Virus record (IMG/VR): IMGVR_UViG_3300007986_000012
Source of the DNA: a virus
Direction: 5' to 3' (one strand)
DNA length: 64,000 nucleotides
The notes under the pieces are model-generated. The model was given only the letters and a program-made list of their open reading frames with translations. It was not told the DNA's origin and made no database searches. Shown here in pieces: positions 17,152 through 26,833 of this stretch; position 1 is the stretch's first letter; the number at the start of each line of letters is the position of its first letter. The translations under genes and the position numbers were made by a program.

Positions 17152-18402
17152 ATGAAAGAACGTATTAACGTAGAATTCAGTACGCGAGTTGTACTCAATG
17201 AAATCAACCCGGATACCGGCGAAAAATTGAACCTTTTAGATAAAAGCAACGCCGTTCATTCTCAAAATATGGCTAGGGTTATTGCTAAAGGTCTGGCCAA
17301 CGAACCAAACCATTTCATACACAGAATAGCTTTTGGGAACGGCGGTAGTTTCACTGACGCGGGAGAAGTCACTATATTAAACCCTCCTAATGACGGTACC
17401 AGAGGTGACGGTTGGGAATCTAGACTCTACAACGAGACTTATTCTGAAATAATCGATGAAGGCAACTGGGAGTTAACCGCAGGGGAATATGAATTTTTCG
17501 AAAATAGTGAATTTGGTACGGACCCCGGTTCATATGGACCGAATTCTACCCGACCGGGTGGTGGCGCTGTTCCTAGTGATGACCCCGGTGGTGGTGGTGT
17601 TACTTCTGTAGAAGTGGGACGAAAATCTAACATTGTTGCCAGAATGTTCATTAATCAAAACGAACCGACCACGCAATTGCCGGGAGTGACAGTAGATAGC
17701 ACTATTACCGACTCGGAAAAAACTTTTGAATTCGATGAACTAGGTTTCTACACACGCGGCCAACCCGCTAGTGCTAGTCCCGCCGAATCCGTCGTGAATG
17801 TCAACAATAAGATATCTAGCGACTCAATCCCGGCTTCTATGTTTGGCAATTTCTACAATTTCAACTACGAAGTACAGGGCCAAGCTCGCACGGTAGAAAT
17901 AACTATACCCGGCTCCGGTTCTGGTTCTGGTGGAGAAGTTACCTACGGTGATCTCTGTGAGGGAATAAACACTGGTGCTTGGTTAACTGGTGGCGATACC
18001 ACAGAGTTGGACAACGATTTGACTGTTTTGATCACGGACCAAGAGGGAGGGTCTACGTATTCTACGATTTCTGGGGAAGAGACATTCGGAAATTTGGTAT
18101 TTAGAAGTGTACTTCAGGGTTCCACTGCAACATTACAATTAGAGTGCTCTAATTCTGGTAGTGATTTTCTATTTGCGTTGACCGGCGATTGTACTAAAGT
18201 TGATACGTCATTAAGTACCGGGGTTAATGCTGGCGTACAAAACGATGCGGCAAATCCCGGTAATGAAAGAGAGCGACTACTAACTCATATAACATTTTCG
18301 CCTATCCTTAAAAAGGCCAACAGAATAATTGAGATTGAATATACCCTAACTGTTAGTGTTTCTCAAACACAAAGCACTTCGACTCGACTGGAAAACGTTT
18401 AA
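17152..18402 (+). CDS. Probable virion (baseplate/tail) structural protein
   Basis: Late promoter; RIAFGNGGS, FEFDELGFYT, LLTHITFSPILK.ANR...EYTL motifs; Gly/Ser/Thr-rich. Confidence 0.65.
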   Translation: MKERINVEFSTRVVLNEINPDTGEKLNLLDKSNAVHSQNMARVIAKGLANEPNHFIHRIAFGNGGSFTDAGEVTILNPPNDGTRGDGWESRLYNETYSEIIDEGNWELTAGEYEFFENSEFGTDPGSYGPNSTRPGGGAVPSDDPGGGGVTSVEVGRKSNIVARMFINQNEPTTQLPGVTVDSTITDSEKTFEFDELGFYTRGQPASASPAESVVNVNNKISSDSIPASMFGNFYNFNYEVQGQARTVEITIPGSGSGSGGEVTYGDLCEGINTGAWLTGGDTTELDNDLTVLITDQEGGSTYSTISGEETFGNLVFRSVLQGSTATLQLECSNSGSDFLFALTGDCTKVDTSLSTGVNAGVQNDAANPGNERERLLTHITFSPILKKANRIIEIEYTLTVSVSQTQSTSTRLENV

Positions 18403-20003
18403 CTCTCTTTTCTGGCAGAAGCCGGATAGTGTACAAACCTGTGATGTGTAATAGGGGATGCCAACAGGCATCCCGCTTTTATGTTCCCCGTCCTAATTTC
18501 TTTTTGGGTGTTTGTCATCAACCCGGCCTCATGAGAAATTTTGTGACCCATGAATACTTTTCGACTACCTTCTTTGGAAAACAAAATGGGCCAGTTGCAA
18601 TAAAAAAACTCTCCCACCATATAAGGTAATCCCCTATAAGAGCCACCGTAAAACATTCTTGTTTTGTCGGCATCTACTTCATCATTCTCTAAATATGTCT
18701 GTTTTTCGTTCCCAGAAATATTGTGCCATGTCCAGTTTTTAAAGTTGTCACCAAAAAACTCACTAAAAGTGAGTTTTAAATAGTCTAACTGGTTTTCTTC
18801 TAGAATTGTAGTGGCCTTGTTAAAAAGATCGGAGTCTTTATTTTTGAAACCAGTTTTGCATATTCCATCTTTCTCGTTCATGACCATATCATCTTCAAAG
18901 AAAATCATGTAACGATGCTTTGATTCATTAAAGTGTTCTGCGGCGAATCTTCTACCACCAGTGATTCCAATGTTATCAAACTTGAACTGGTGAACGTTGT
19001 ATTTTTCACACAGTTTGGAATAGGCGGAATCGTGCTTACGATCTGTAGAATTGTTGATCAAATACTTCTTACTCTCTCCGAAGAATCTCTTGAACGTTCT
19101 ATCAAATATCTCAAACTGCTTTTCGATTTGCTCTGGTGCGTTAAAGGTTAAAAAGTACAGGGCCATGTCTTCGGATTCTGATATCTCTATCTTTTTGAGG
19201 TCTTCAAAGAACTTGTATATCAACCCATTCGGCTCAATCATCTCTACGTTGAATAAATCCTTGTTTGTGTATGAGATAATAGTGAATACACTTTCCTCCG
19301 TCCCCATGTAGCCATTTTCTAGGGTGGTTTGGAGCATATGATAATAAACCCCGTTAACTCGCTCTATGGAGGTCTTAGAGCCTCCAAAAAAGCCTCCACG
19401 ACAAACATACTTCGTATCGGTACCGGCGTATTTGTCCATTCCTGACTTTTTAAAACCGTGGACCTCGATTTGTCCGTCATACGGGAAAGCCAGATATAGC
19501 ATTTTATTGTTCTGAACTTTTCGTATTAAACGCTGTTCGAAATGTGGTTCATCGAAATAACCAAGATTTAAAGTGTTTGAAATTCCAGCATCTATCCAGA
19601 AAAAATAGTCCGCGTTGAAATGATTCCATATAGCAGAATCATTGAGCATGAATTGCTTACTCATTACTAAAGGGTTGTAATTTTCCAATTTTGCTTGTGG
19701 ACTATTTTCTAACCATCGTGCCTGTTTATACCAACTCGGATTGCTTCTAACCTGTTCTATCTGTTTTTTGAAAGAACTTTCTACGGGTTTTATAACAATA
19801 TGGGTGTTAGATTTATTCCTGTACTTCCAAATAAAGTCTTCTAATTTTTTTTCACAAAATATCACCAAGTTTATGTCTTTTTCCAGAAGTTTCTTAAAAG
19901 AATTTAAATAATGTTCCATATTTCTAGAAAATGACTCATTTAATTTGTCTCTTCCTAAATCATAAAGAGCCGTTACGTATGTTATGTTTGGTTTGGTACC
20001 CAT
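18399..20003 (-). CDS. Two-domain glycosyltransferase: HtrL/YibB-like plus GT-A domain
   Basis: YVTALYDLGR, YNPLVMSK, YFFWIDAG, GGFFGG, GTEESVF; second domain NIGITGGR..A, YMIFFEDD. Confidence 0.75.
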   Translation of the reverse strand: MGTKPNITYVTALYDLGRDKLNESFSRNMEHYLNSFKKLLEKDINLVIFCEKKLEDFIWKYRNKSNTHIVIKPVESSFKKQIEQVRSNPSWYKQARWLENSPQAKLENYNPLVMSKQFMLNDSAIWNHFNADYFFWIDAGISNTLNLGYFDEPHFEQRLIRKVQNNKMLYLAFPYDGQIEVHGFKKSGMDKYAGTDTKYVCRGGFFGGSKTSIERVNGVYYHMLQTTLENGYMGTEESVFTIISYTNKDLFNVEMIEPNGLIYKFFEDLKKIEISESEDMALYFLTFNAPEQIEKQFEIFDRTFKRFFGESKKYLINNSTDRKHDSAYSKLCEKYNVHQFKFDNIGITGGRRFAAEHFNESKHRYMIFFEDDMVMNEKDGICKTGFKNKDSDLFNKATTILEENQLDYLKLTFSEFFGDNFKNWTWHNISGNEKQTYLENDEVDADKTRMFYGGSYRGLPYMVGEFFYCNWPILFSKEGSRKVFMGHKISHEAGLMTNTQKEIRTGNIKAGCLLASPITHHRFVHYPASARKES

Positions 20004-20005
20004 AA

Positions 20006-20803
20006 TTAGTTCTCTGAATAATAGTTACAACCCAATTCCGCCAAAAAAGGACAGCTATCCATTATAGTATCTGACCGCATATTTATTTGATTTGGACTCG
20101 GTGACCAGAATCTTTCTACGCTATCTAAATCAGCAACCGTACAATATTCTAAAACTTCATCCACATTAGAATCTTCAAATTCTGGCCACACCGAATAGTA
20201 ATCTTGGAATTTGATGTTATCTCCCATCAAACGATTATCATAATGATATGCTATGGCCGGAATTCCATATGCATGTGCAGTAATCAATCCATGTAGGCTA
20301 GTACTTATTATTCTCTCGCATAAATTGACCTGATCTATATAATTTTCGAAATTTTTACCGTAACGGGTACTCGGATCAATTATGTGATAATCTTTTTTTA
20401 GCTCTTTAACTTCTTCAACTATTCGATCAAAATGTATTTGGTGTGGTATTAAACCTACTTCGTATTTTTTATTTTTGTTACTCGGCTTGTAAAACTTGGA
20501 CAGTGCTATAGCCGGGTCCCCCAAGGGTACGTCTTTTCTTATCTTGTTTGCGGAGTGTTTACCCCTAACTAAAAAAAATATTCCATCTGGTTCTACATTT
20601 GTCGAAGCACTTATTATTCCGCTACCCCCAACCATTGTATTCCGCTTAGTACCAACTCCCAATATGGAGCCTGTGGAAATTACTTTATATTCCTCGTTGT
20701 GATCTACTCGTTGAAAGGGTATTCCCATTTTATTAAGCATATATGGAAAAACACAATCCCCGAAATTAGAACCTGTAACATAGTTGACTTTCAAAACTCT
20801 CAT
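20006..20803 (-). CDS. Polysaccharide pyruvyl transferase-like (track start 20869; likely start 20803)
   Basis: NFGD, GSIL, LVRG, LGDP, GLIPH, ISTSLHGLITAHAYGIPA. Confidence 0.82.
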   Translation of the reverse strand: MRVLKVNYVTGSNFGDCVFPYMLNKMGIPFQRVDHNEEYKVISTGSILGVGTKRNTMVGGSGIISASTNVEPDGIFFLVRGKHSANKIRKDVPLGDPAIALSKFYKPSNKNKKYEVGLIPHQIHFDRIVEEVKELKKDYHIIDPSTRYGKNFENYIDQVNLCERIISTSLHGLITAHAYGIPAIAYHYDNRLMGDNIKFQDYYSVWPEFEDSNVDEVLEYCTVADLDSVERFWSPSPNQINMRSDTIMDSCPFLAELGCNYYSEN

Positions 20804-20913
20804 GTTTGTACTTATTACCCCTACAATCGCATATTGCAATATTCTAGCATGTTTTCCACCCGAGAACACTATTTCAATTGAAGTAGAATTATTTCACCCC
20901 AACGTGTTAATTT

Positions 20914-22308
20914 CTAAACATCTTTTTTTACTTTACCCAACCAACCCCTGCTTTTACTATGTGGCCACAATGTATAGCTTTTAGGTATTCTGGTAGATAC
21001 AAATATAAACCGGTAGTCAATCCAACCATTGTCTGAATTTATGTGTCTTTTAAATTCATTAGAACTTAAATCTTTTCTCTGAATTTCTACTTCACCAGAA
21101 TCGTGTGCTCCCACATAACAGAAATCTATGTCGTCTATAAGTTTACCATCCTCAAAACATTTTGGAAACTCGTTTTTATGGACACATATTCTGATGTCGT
21201 TGGATCGAGCAAAAGAGTTCTTCCACTCTTCTTCTGTCTCATACGGGTAATTCACTGGGGGTTCAGTCTGATCTAATGTCGCTTGCTGGACCCCCCGGTA
21301 TTCGAAGCTAATACCCGCATACTCTTCATATTCTCGAACAGTTCTTTCTGCCCCGAATCCATACTTTCCAAAATCAATTTGATTAGGGTTTTCTCCATCC
21401 ATCCCAAATAAGATTTTATTCCTCTTGTGACAAAGTTCATTCCGCTCTACCCAGTCTTTTTCAATCACACCCGTTTTCTTCATGTCGGTGGTATGATCGT
21501 CCCAGACCTTGGTTCTTCCCTTTCGAGTATATTCGTGCCATGCTACGATTTTATGTGGCGTGTATAGATCATAACCATGAGTGAACGCCCTAGCCGCGAT
21601 AGATATTTCTTCCCCGTGGAAGAAGTATTCGGGATCATGTTGAACATCAACTGCAAAGCTCCCATCCGCAAAGGCAAAATGGCCCGAATAGAATCTAGCC
21701 CTGATAGGTTCTTTCTTCTCTTTCCAATCCTTCATCTCGGATGGAATGAAGAATACTGGACTCTCTGGGATAAAGCGATCAAAGTTGGTTTGCCACGGAA
21801 CTTGTACTCTTCCTTCCGGGTCTTTCTCCGGATTATAAGAAGGAATGTATCCGGTAAGAACCGGCTTTTTAGAATGTTTTTTGCACTGGTTTAGCATGTT
21901 AATTAGAATAGTGTCCCAACCCTCAACGAACCTGTGATGGGAATCGAGTTGAAGAGTGTAGATTTCATCAACATAGTGTTGTTGTATCATGTGTCTAGCC
22001 CAACATGCACCCCGTGCCAAAGTGTAATCAACGTCAATAAAGTCGATGACTGCACCCCGCAATTCCGTTCTTAGAACATGGAAATCTGTCACAGTTCCGT
22101 CAACCTCTGCGTGATGGTATGTTAGTACCTCGGTTATCTCTATTCCGGCGTCAAGAAAGTCTTCCGTGGCTTGTTCCTCACCATGCTGCCAGCATACTAC
22201 TATCTTAAGGTTCTCCGGCCTGTCTGCCTGTTTGGTTATGTCGATTAGAGTGGGTATTAATTCAGGATCACGATAGCTTGCTATTTGGACGAAGATTGTT
22301 TCTTTCAT
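20914..22308 (-). CDS. GT60-like protein O-GlcNAc transferase (Skp1-Hyp/polypeptide GlcNAc-T family)
   Basis: TIFVQIASYRDPEL, ARGACWAR, LQLDSHHRF (DxH), WD..L, YFHGEEI...RAFTHGYDLYTP; CTAAATA at 22337-22343. Confidence 0.82.
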   Translation of the reverse strand: MKETIFVQIASYRDPELIPTLIDITKQADRPENLKIVVCWQHGEEQATEDFLDAGIEITEVLTYHHAEVDGTVTDFHVLRTELRGAVIDFIDVDYTLARGACWARHMIQQHYVDEIYTLQLDSHHRFVEGWDTILINMLNQCKKHSKKPVLTGYIPSYNPEKDPEGRVQVPWQTNFDRFIPESPVFFIPSEMKDWKEKKEPIRARFYSGHFAFADGSFAVDVQHDPEYFFHGEEISIAARAFTHGYDLYTPHKIVAWHEYTRKGRTKVWDDHTTDMKKTGVIEKDWVERNELCHKRNKILFGMDGENPNQIDFGKYGFGAERTVREYEEYAGISFEYRGVQQATLDQTEPPVNYPYETEEEWKNSFARSNDIRICVHKNEFPKCFEDGKLIDDIDFCYVGAHDSGEVEIQRKDLSSNEFKRHINSDNGWIDYRFIFVSTRIPKSYTLWPHSKSRGWLGKVKKDV

Positions 22309-22352
22309 GTCTTGCCTTTACAGTATATTTCTTATTTATTTAGGCAAAAAAA

Positions 22353-22372
22353 GAGAGGGCGAAAGCCCTCTC
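22353..22372 (-). terminator. Intrinsic terminator
   Basis: GAGAGGGC-GAAA-GCCCTCTC with a T7 tract on the minus strand. Confidence 0.85.
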
Positions 22373-22406
22373 TCTCATCTAACCCCCGAGGCAGTGGAGG
22401 TATATT

Positions 22407-22850
22407 TTAGGAGTTAGACGACTTCTTGGGTCTTCCCGGACTCTTTTTCGAAGTAGAGGTTGAAGCTGAAGCCGCCTCAGTATTTTTGGAAGATTCCTGT
22501 ACCTTTTGCGGCGGTCTCTGTTGAACTATAGGCCGACGCATACCCTGTCTTGCAGAAGAAGGTGGGATGATCTGACCGGACGCCGTTCTAACCTGTACTA
22601 ACTGGTGGAAATACTCCAGAGCATTAACACCATTTTTAAGGGTGGTCTGTGCCATCAAATCCCATAGGGGGTATTGGTCCGCGTTTCGCTTAGAAAGAAT
22701 CTGACGCATTCTACTTCTGTCTATTCTATCAAGATCTTCTTCCTTGATGAAGTAAACGTCTCCATTGCTTTCTTCTTCCTTGACGATTACCACGTTGTAT
22801 CCAATTCCGTTACCATATAGGTCCATAGAAACGTAATGTCTGTATTTCAT
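22407..22850 (-). CDS. Hypothetical protein with basic/Ser tail ending PGRPKK
   Basis: 147-aa ORF, CTAAATA at 22903-22909. Confidence 0.75.
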   Translation of the reverse strand: MKYRHYVSMDLYGNGIGYNVVIVKEEESNGDVYFIKEEDLDRIDRSRMRQILSKRNADQYPLWDLMAQTTLKNGVNALEYFHQLVQVRTASGQIIPPSSARQGMRRPIVQQRPPQKVQESSKNTEAASASTSTSKKSPGRPKKSSNS

Positions 22851-22912
22851 GTTCTTTAACTCCTTTTAAATAGTTCCAGTGAACAATTTTGAATTTCACG
22901 ATTATTTAGTAC

Positions 22913-22941
22913 TTGAAAAAAAGCGTGAAATTTGGTATACT
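22913..22941 (+). promoter_or_regulatory. sigma70-type promoter
   Basis: TTGAAA-N17-TATACT, followed by SD AGGAG and ATG 22965. Confidence 0.7.
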
Positions 22942-22964
22942 ACTTTTTACATTAGGAGAAATTT

Positions 22965-23420
22965 ATGAAACAAAAAATATACAGAGCCGGGATGATTCCG
23001 TTCTTTGTCCAAGAAGATGGGACTGTTTTAATGAACTTTATGGTTCCCAGTGATCAAACTTACGGTGGTAGTGATCCTCAGTTTTGCAAAGGTAGAATAG
23101 AAAATGGAGAAAACCACGAAGATGCCGCAGTGCGCGAGGCTGAAGAAGAATTGGGACTAAAAGAAAGTAACGTATTGTGGTATTATTATTTAGGTGAATT
23201 CTTGGGAAGAACCCATTTGTACATATGTGAAGTTGAAGACATCAATGATTTTAATAAGCCACATTATGAAACAGAAAGTACCCATTGGTTGACTTTAGAG
23301 CAGTTTCAAGAAATAGGCAGGGTTTTACACAGACCTATCATCAGAGAAGCTCATTCCGCTTTTGTGCAAATTAAGAAGAACGAAAACTCAGATGAATATG
23401 AAGAAATCGAAACCCATTAA
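22965..23420 (+). CDS. Nudix hydrolase
   Basis: Nudix box GRIENGENHEDAAVREAEEELG. Confidence 0.92.
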   Translation: MKQKIYRAGMIPFFVQEDGTVLMNFMVPSDQTYGGSDPQFCKGRIENGENHEDAAVREAEEELGLKESNVLWYYYLGEFLGRTHLYICEVEDINDFNKPHYETESTHWLTLEQFQEIGRVLHRPIIREAHSAFVQIKKNENSDEYEEIETH

Positions 23421-24190
23421 TTGAAACTATTAATAGGTACTTCCACAAGTTCAAGAGACACCTCGGAAAGAAAAGCTCCGGGGTTTCTTATTAAGTACTC
23501 GTCGGGTCTTCCACTACCATAAAACTGCTCTCCGTGAGTGTCGACAACATCCACCCAATCAAAATCTTCATGCATCTCATAAATTTTTAAAACCTTAAAG
23601 TCTTCGTCTCGTAAAGTGTTTATGACAGAAATTGTAGTACCAAAAGCGTACACATTGTAAAACGCTGGATTTGGGTATTGTGCAATATAGAAATATTGTT
23701 GTCTTTCTTGTATATGATCTAGCCGATGATTTATTCTGGTTCCTAGAAAATCGGTCCAAGTAAACCACTCACCAGTCTTTTTGTAATGGATATCTGGTCT
23801 CGCGGGGATGTCTTCCGGCTTTTGTCCGGTCTTGCAGAAAGCATGCCATTGTACCAAGGAGGTAAATCCTAAATGATGGGCGTATGTTTTAGCATCTTCA
23901 TAGGGTCTAAATTTCTTAGTGCGATACTGTGGAACTGATTCGTTGTAGTTTCCCAAATAGTACCCCCACCCCTTCCATTCTTTGAGGTACGCCCTATCCG
24001 GTCTCTTGGGTATTCTGGCCGGGGCATGGAACTCATACCATTTCAGATAATCTCGAAATGACTGGATGTTTTCTTGGCGAACAAGAGCCACGGCATCCTC
24101 AAAAGGCATACATATTTTGGGCCTTCCGGGTGTACCCTTCTTCTTTTTCTTTCTGGGTCTTCCCCTAGGATTCTTGGATTTCTTGGGCAT
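23417..24190 (-). CDS. Putative DNA-binding protein with two phage-integrase-repeat-like units and AT-hook-like N-terminus
   Basis: PF.DA...V....I.S...Y..W...IPKRPDRAY..WKGW..YLG unit, twice; PRGRPRK and PGRPK. Confidence 0.6.
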   Translation of the reverse strand: MPKKSKNPRGRPRKKKKKGTPGRPKICMPFEDAVALVRQENIQSFRDYLKWYEFHAPARIPKRPDRAYLKEWKGWGYYLGNYNESVPQYRTKKFRPYEDAKTYAHHLGFTSLVQWHAFCKTGQKPEDIPARPDIHYKKTGEWFTWTDFLGTRINHRLDHIQERQQYFYIAQYPNPAFYNVYAFGTTISVINTLRDEDFKVLKIYEMHEDFDWVDVVDTHGEQFYGSGRPDEYLIRNPGAFLSEVSLELVEVPINSFN

Positions 24191-24224
24191 TCAAAATAAA
24201 TACTACAACTGAGGATATTTATCC

Positions 24225-24680
24225 ATGCAAAAAATAACCGATTTCATCTTAGACTTTGCCAAAGCCTTTGATTCTTTGAGGATAATTCCAAGAATCTTGT
24301 TATTCATGTATGGCGTCTTAGTATACAACATGTACCAGTGGTACAAATCTATTAGTCTTTTTGAAGAAACCCGTTGTGATAACAACATCTTGAAAACGCT
24401 AATAGATGCAGAGATAGACCCAGTACAAGCCACAGAGATGGCCTGTACCGTCATTGCAGTTGTAGGAGGTCCGACCGTCTCGCAAACCAGCTTCGTAACC
24501 ATTATCGTAGGACTGTCTACTGCCGTCATCGGCCTTTACCTAAATTCCGGACCCAAATGGAGCTTCACGAAAAGTAAAAGCGATTATTATCAACCAGAAT
24601 CAGATCAGCGTTCGGTTAGACCCGAAAATGAACAAAATTGGTTTGGTGGCGGCGAAACCAGAAGAAAAGACGGCGAATAG
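24225..24680 (+). CDS. Two-TM membrane protein, possible holin
   Basis: RIIPRILLFMYGVLVY and QTSFVTIIVGLSTAVIGLY hydrophobic helices; TAAATA at 24197. Confidence 0.45.
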   Translation: MQKITDFILDFAKAFDSLRIIPRILLFMYGVLVYNMYQWYKSISLFEETRCDNNILKTLIDAEIDPVQATEMACTVIAVVGGPTVSQTSFVTIIVGLSTAVIGLYLNSGPKWSFTKSKSDYYQPESDQRSVRPENEQNWFGGGETRRKDGE

Positions 24681-24683
24681 ATG

Positions 24684-25646
24684 CTAATACGGTTTATTGG
24701 CTAGAGTATCTGTGATTCTGGTCATCGAAGAAATGACATTTTTCATGTCGTTTTTTCCCAGATATCTCAAAAAGTATGGTATACTCATTTTTTTCTTAGA
24801 ACACAGTTCTCGTTCAATTTCATCAAATATCTCTTCTTTGATTTCATCAGGTTGCGATTCGAGATCCAGTAGCAAACGGTTTTCTTCAAAAAGGTCTCTT
24901 ACTTTGAACTTCACGTTTGTGTATTCTTCCTTGTGTTCGTCATAAATGGTTTCCTCAAACTCATGTTCCATCAAATTCTGCATTTTGTAATCATCATAAA
25001 AAGCTTCTACGAGTTTTTTTCTTTGAAGCCTCGGATAACTAGACCGAACATTGTCTTTGCTGTCACCACGGATGCACTTTTCAAAAATGTATAAGTCGGG
25101 GTCATTGTTGAAATCTTTTAGACTTCTTTTTTTTCCGTTTTTTAGTGGGTTTACAATTTCGACATTTTCGTGTCTGAGAAGTTGGATATAGTCTTTGTCT
25201 GAAGAAACCAACTTGAGTTCAACCCCCGGCTGGCCCCCATAAATTTGACAAACCCCACCCACGAAATCATCGCATTCGATCCCGTCTTTACACAAAACAA
25301 ACAGTTTAGTGTTATTTCTGAGGGCGGCTGCAAGTTCGTCTATTTTCTGGTCCAAGTATATTTTAATTTCTTTCTCTTTCTTAGACAATTTTTTTGTACG
25401 GTTCTCTTTGTAGACTTTATTGGTTATGGCCGCTGTTGTCTTTGTATATTTTTTTCTCCAATTTGACAGAGAATCAAAACACAGAATGATCGTGGTTGGT
25501 TTATAATTCATTCTCAGATAATTTAGCCGTAAAATGAATTGAGATATAGCAAGATCGACAGCCGCCTTTCCACCGTCAAAACCCTTATTGTTGTGAAATT
25601 CGATATGTATGAGGTTGTTAGAATCAACCACTAAGAGACGGTTCAC
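24684..25646 (-). CDS. rnh: T4 RNase H-like 5'-3' exonuclease (FEN family)
   Basis: LLVVDSNN, CFD, YKENR, ECDD, VSSDKDYIQL, RGDSKDNV. Confidence 0.88.
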   Translation of the reverse strand: MNRLLVVDSNNLIHIEFHNNKGFDGGKAAVDLAISQFILRLNYLRMNYKPTTIILCFDSLSNWRKKYTKTTAAITNKVYKENRTKKLSKKEKEIKIYLDQKIDELAAALRNNTKLFVLCKDGIECDDFVGGVCQIYGGQPGVELKLVSSDKDYIQLLRHENVEIVNPLKNGKKRSLKDFNNDPDLYIFEKCIRGDSKDNVRSSYPRLQRKKLVEAFYDDYKMQNLMEHEFEETIYDEHKEEYTNVKFKVRDLFEENRLLLDLESQPDEIKEEIFDEIERELCSKKKMSIPYFLRYLGKNDMKNVISSMTRITDTLANKPY

Positions 25647-26047
25647 GCGTTCTTGATCCCTTCTAAATCTTCGTGTGACATGACCTCTCCATGCTCCCCA
25701 ACCAGTTTGGAGAAGTACGCAGAAATTAAATCTTCCTCAGATTGGGCATTGAACCCCATTCTTCTAAGCTCTTGAATCATAGCCTTGTTCCAATCAAATT
25801 TGACTTTGACTCTTCCGTCAGAGGTGAGTTCAGTCATAAAGTCCGCCCACGGTTCGTCTGAATCTTTCATGATTCTTTTGTTCTCTTCATACTTCCTGTA
25901 ACCTTCCATCTGAGAGTTGATGCCTTCCAAAATGTCACTCATTTCGCCGAAATTGGATTCGAGTTCTTGTGTCATGCATATTAAATCTGTTTCTAGTGCT
26001 TCGATTTTCTCTTCTAGTGCTTCGATTTTCTTTTTATTACCAAACAT
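25643..26047 (-). CDS. Hypothetical protein with N-terminal coiled coil
   Basis: 134-aa ORF coupled to rnh; KIEALE duplication; FDWN motif. Confidence 0.75.
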   Translation of the reverse strand: MFGNKKKIEALEEKIEALETDLICMTQELESNFGEMSDILEGINSQMEGYRKYEENKRIMKDSDEPWADFMTELTSDGRVKVKFDWNKAMIQELRRMGFNAQSEEDLISAYFSKLVGEHGEVMSHEDLEGIKNA

Positions 26048-26067
26048 AATTATTCACCTTTGTAATT

Positions 26068-26808
26068 TTAGTCTACGCCCGGAAATATGTATACGCTCAA
26101 CCCGGATATGTTCAAACACATGACACCTTTCCTAGAAATTCTTATTTCTGATTCTTGACTTACTGCTTGTGTGAGTAAGGGAATAAGAATTTTGAATATG
26201 TACGAGAATTTCATTTCTTCTTCCGCATCATCGTTTAACACATTTAATTCTGCATCCAGTTCTTTTTTTAGAACATCACCCTCTACGTCTACTATACGAA
26301 CGGAAATGGTTTCTCCGTCTTCCGACGAAACCTCAAAATGATCCGCACCCATTGCACTCAAACCTCTTTTCAAAATGGCAAGTTCCTCTTTATCCAAGGT
26401 AAATTGATAGTCAATTGGGTCGTTAAACTTTTTGGGCCACCGGTTTCGTGCAACGATAGAAGGATTACCACAGCGAACTTCTACCGAAGTCTTACCACCT
26501 TTCAAAATTGCCTTTGTAACAAAATGATCGCCAGCGTCATTTTCTTTGGTTTCCACAAAAATGTCAAAGTCTATATTAGAGGCTTCGAACATCTTTATTC
26601 TAGGTGCAAAGGAATCTACTCTATTCATAAACATTTCGTCAAATTCCAAATAATCAAAGTCTCCCGGCTCGATAACATAGACCGCAAAATCATCTTGTTT
26701 TGCTCTTATGCCTTTTTTATCGATCATTACCGCTTCGATCTTTACCATATTACAGTATTTGGCGGCAGCGACAACAATGTTCTTGCTGTCTTCTGATAAT
26801 TTTATCAT
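26068..26808 (-). CDS. Probable sliding clamp (gp45/PCNA-like)
   Basis: 246 aa, next to polB, two-domain beta/alpha pattern; weak motif evidence. Confidence 0.5.
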   Translation of the reverse strand: MIKLSEDSKNIVVAAAKYCNMVKIEAVMIDKKGIRAKQDDFAVYVIEPGDFDYLEFDEMFMNRVDSFAPRIKMFEASNIDFDIFVETKENDAGDHFVTKAILKGGKTSVEVRCGNPSIVARNRWPKKFNDPIDYQFTLDKEELAILKRGLSAMGADHFEVSSEDGETISVRIVDVEGDVLKKELDAELNVLNDDAEEEMKFSYIFKILIPLLTQAVSQESEIRISRKGVMCLNISGLSVYIFPGVD

Positions 26809-26833
26809 CCATTATTTCCTTAATGTTTCTTAA

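Noticed and set aside
14118-22308. Glycosyltransferases acting on DNA (hypermodified bases)
   Set aside because: Not excluded but disfavoured: ThyA keeps the dUMP-specific Asn (PYN), I see no dCMP hydroxymethylase or TET/JBP enzyme, the GT families are protein/surface-glycan types, and they are linked to virion genes
23417-24190. Integrase or lysogeny module suggested by the integrase-repeat units
   Set aside because: Only the short repeat is present; no tyrosine or serine recombinase catalytic motifs, att sites or repressor
25991-26031. 20-bp duplication (KIEALE x2), and 12-bp duplication at 31948-31971
   Set aside because: Small in-frame duplications in coiled-coil or acidic segments, with no sign of a wider system
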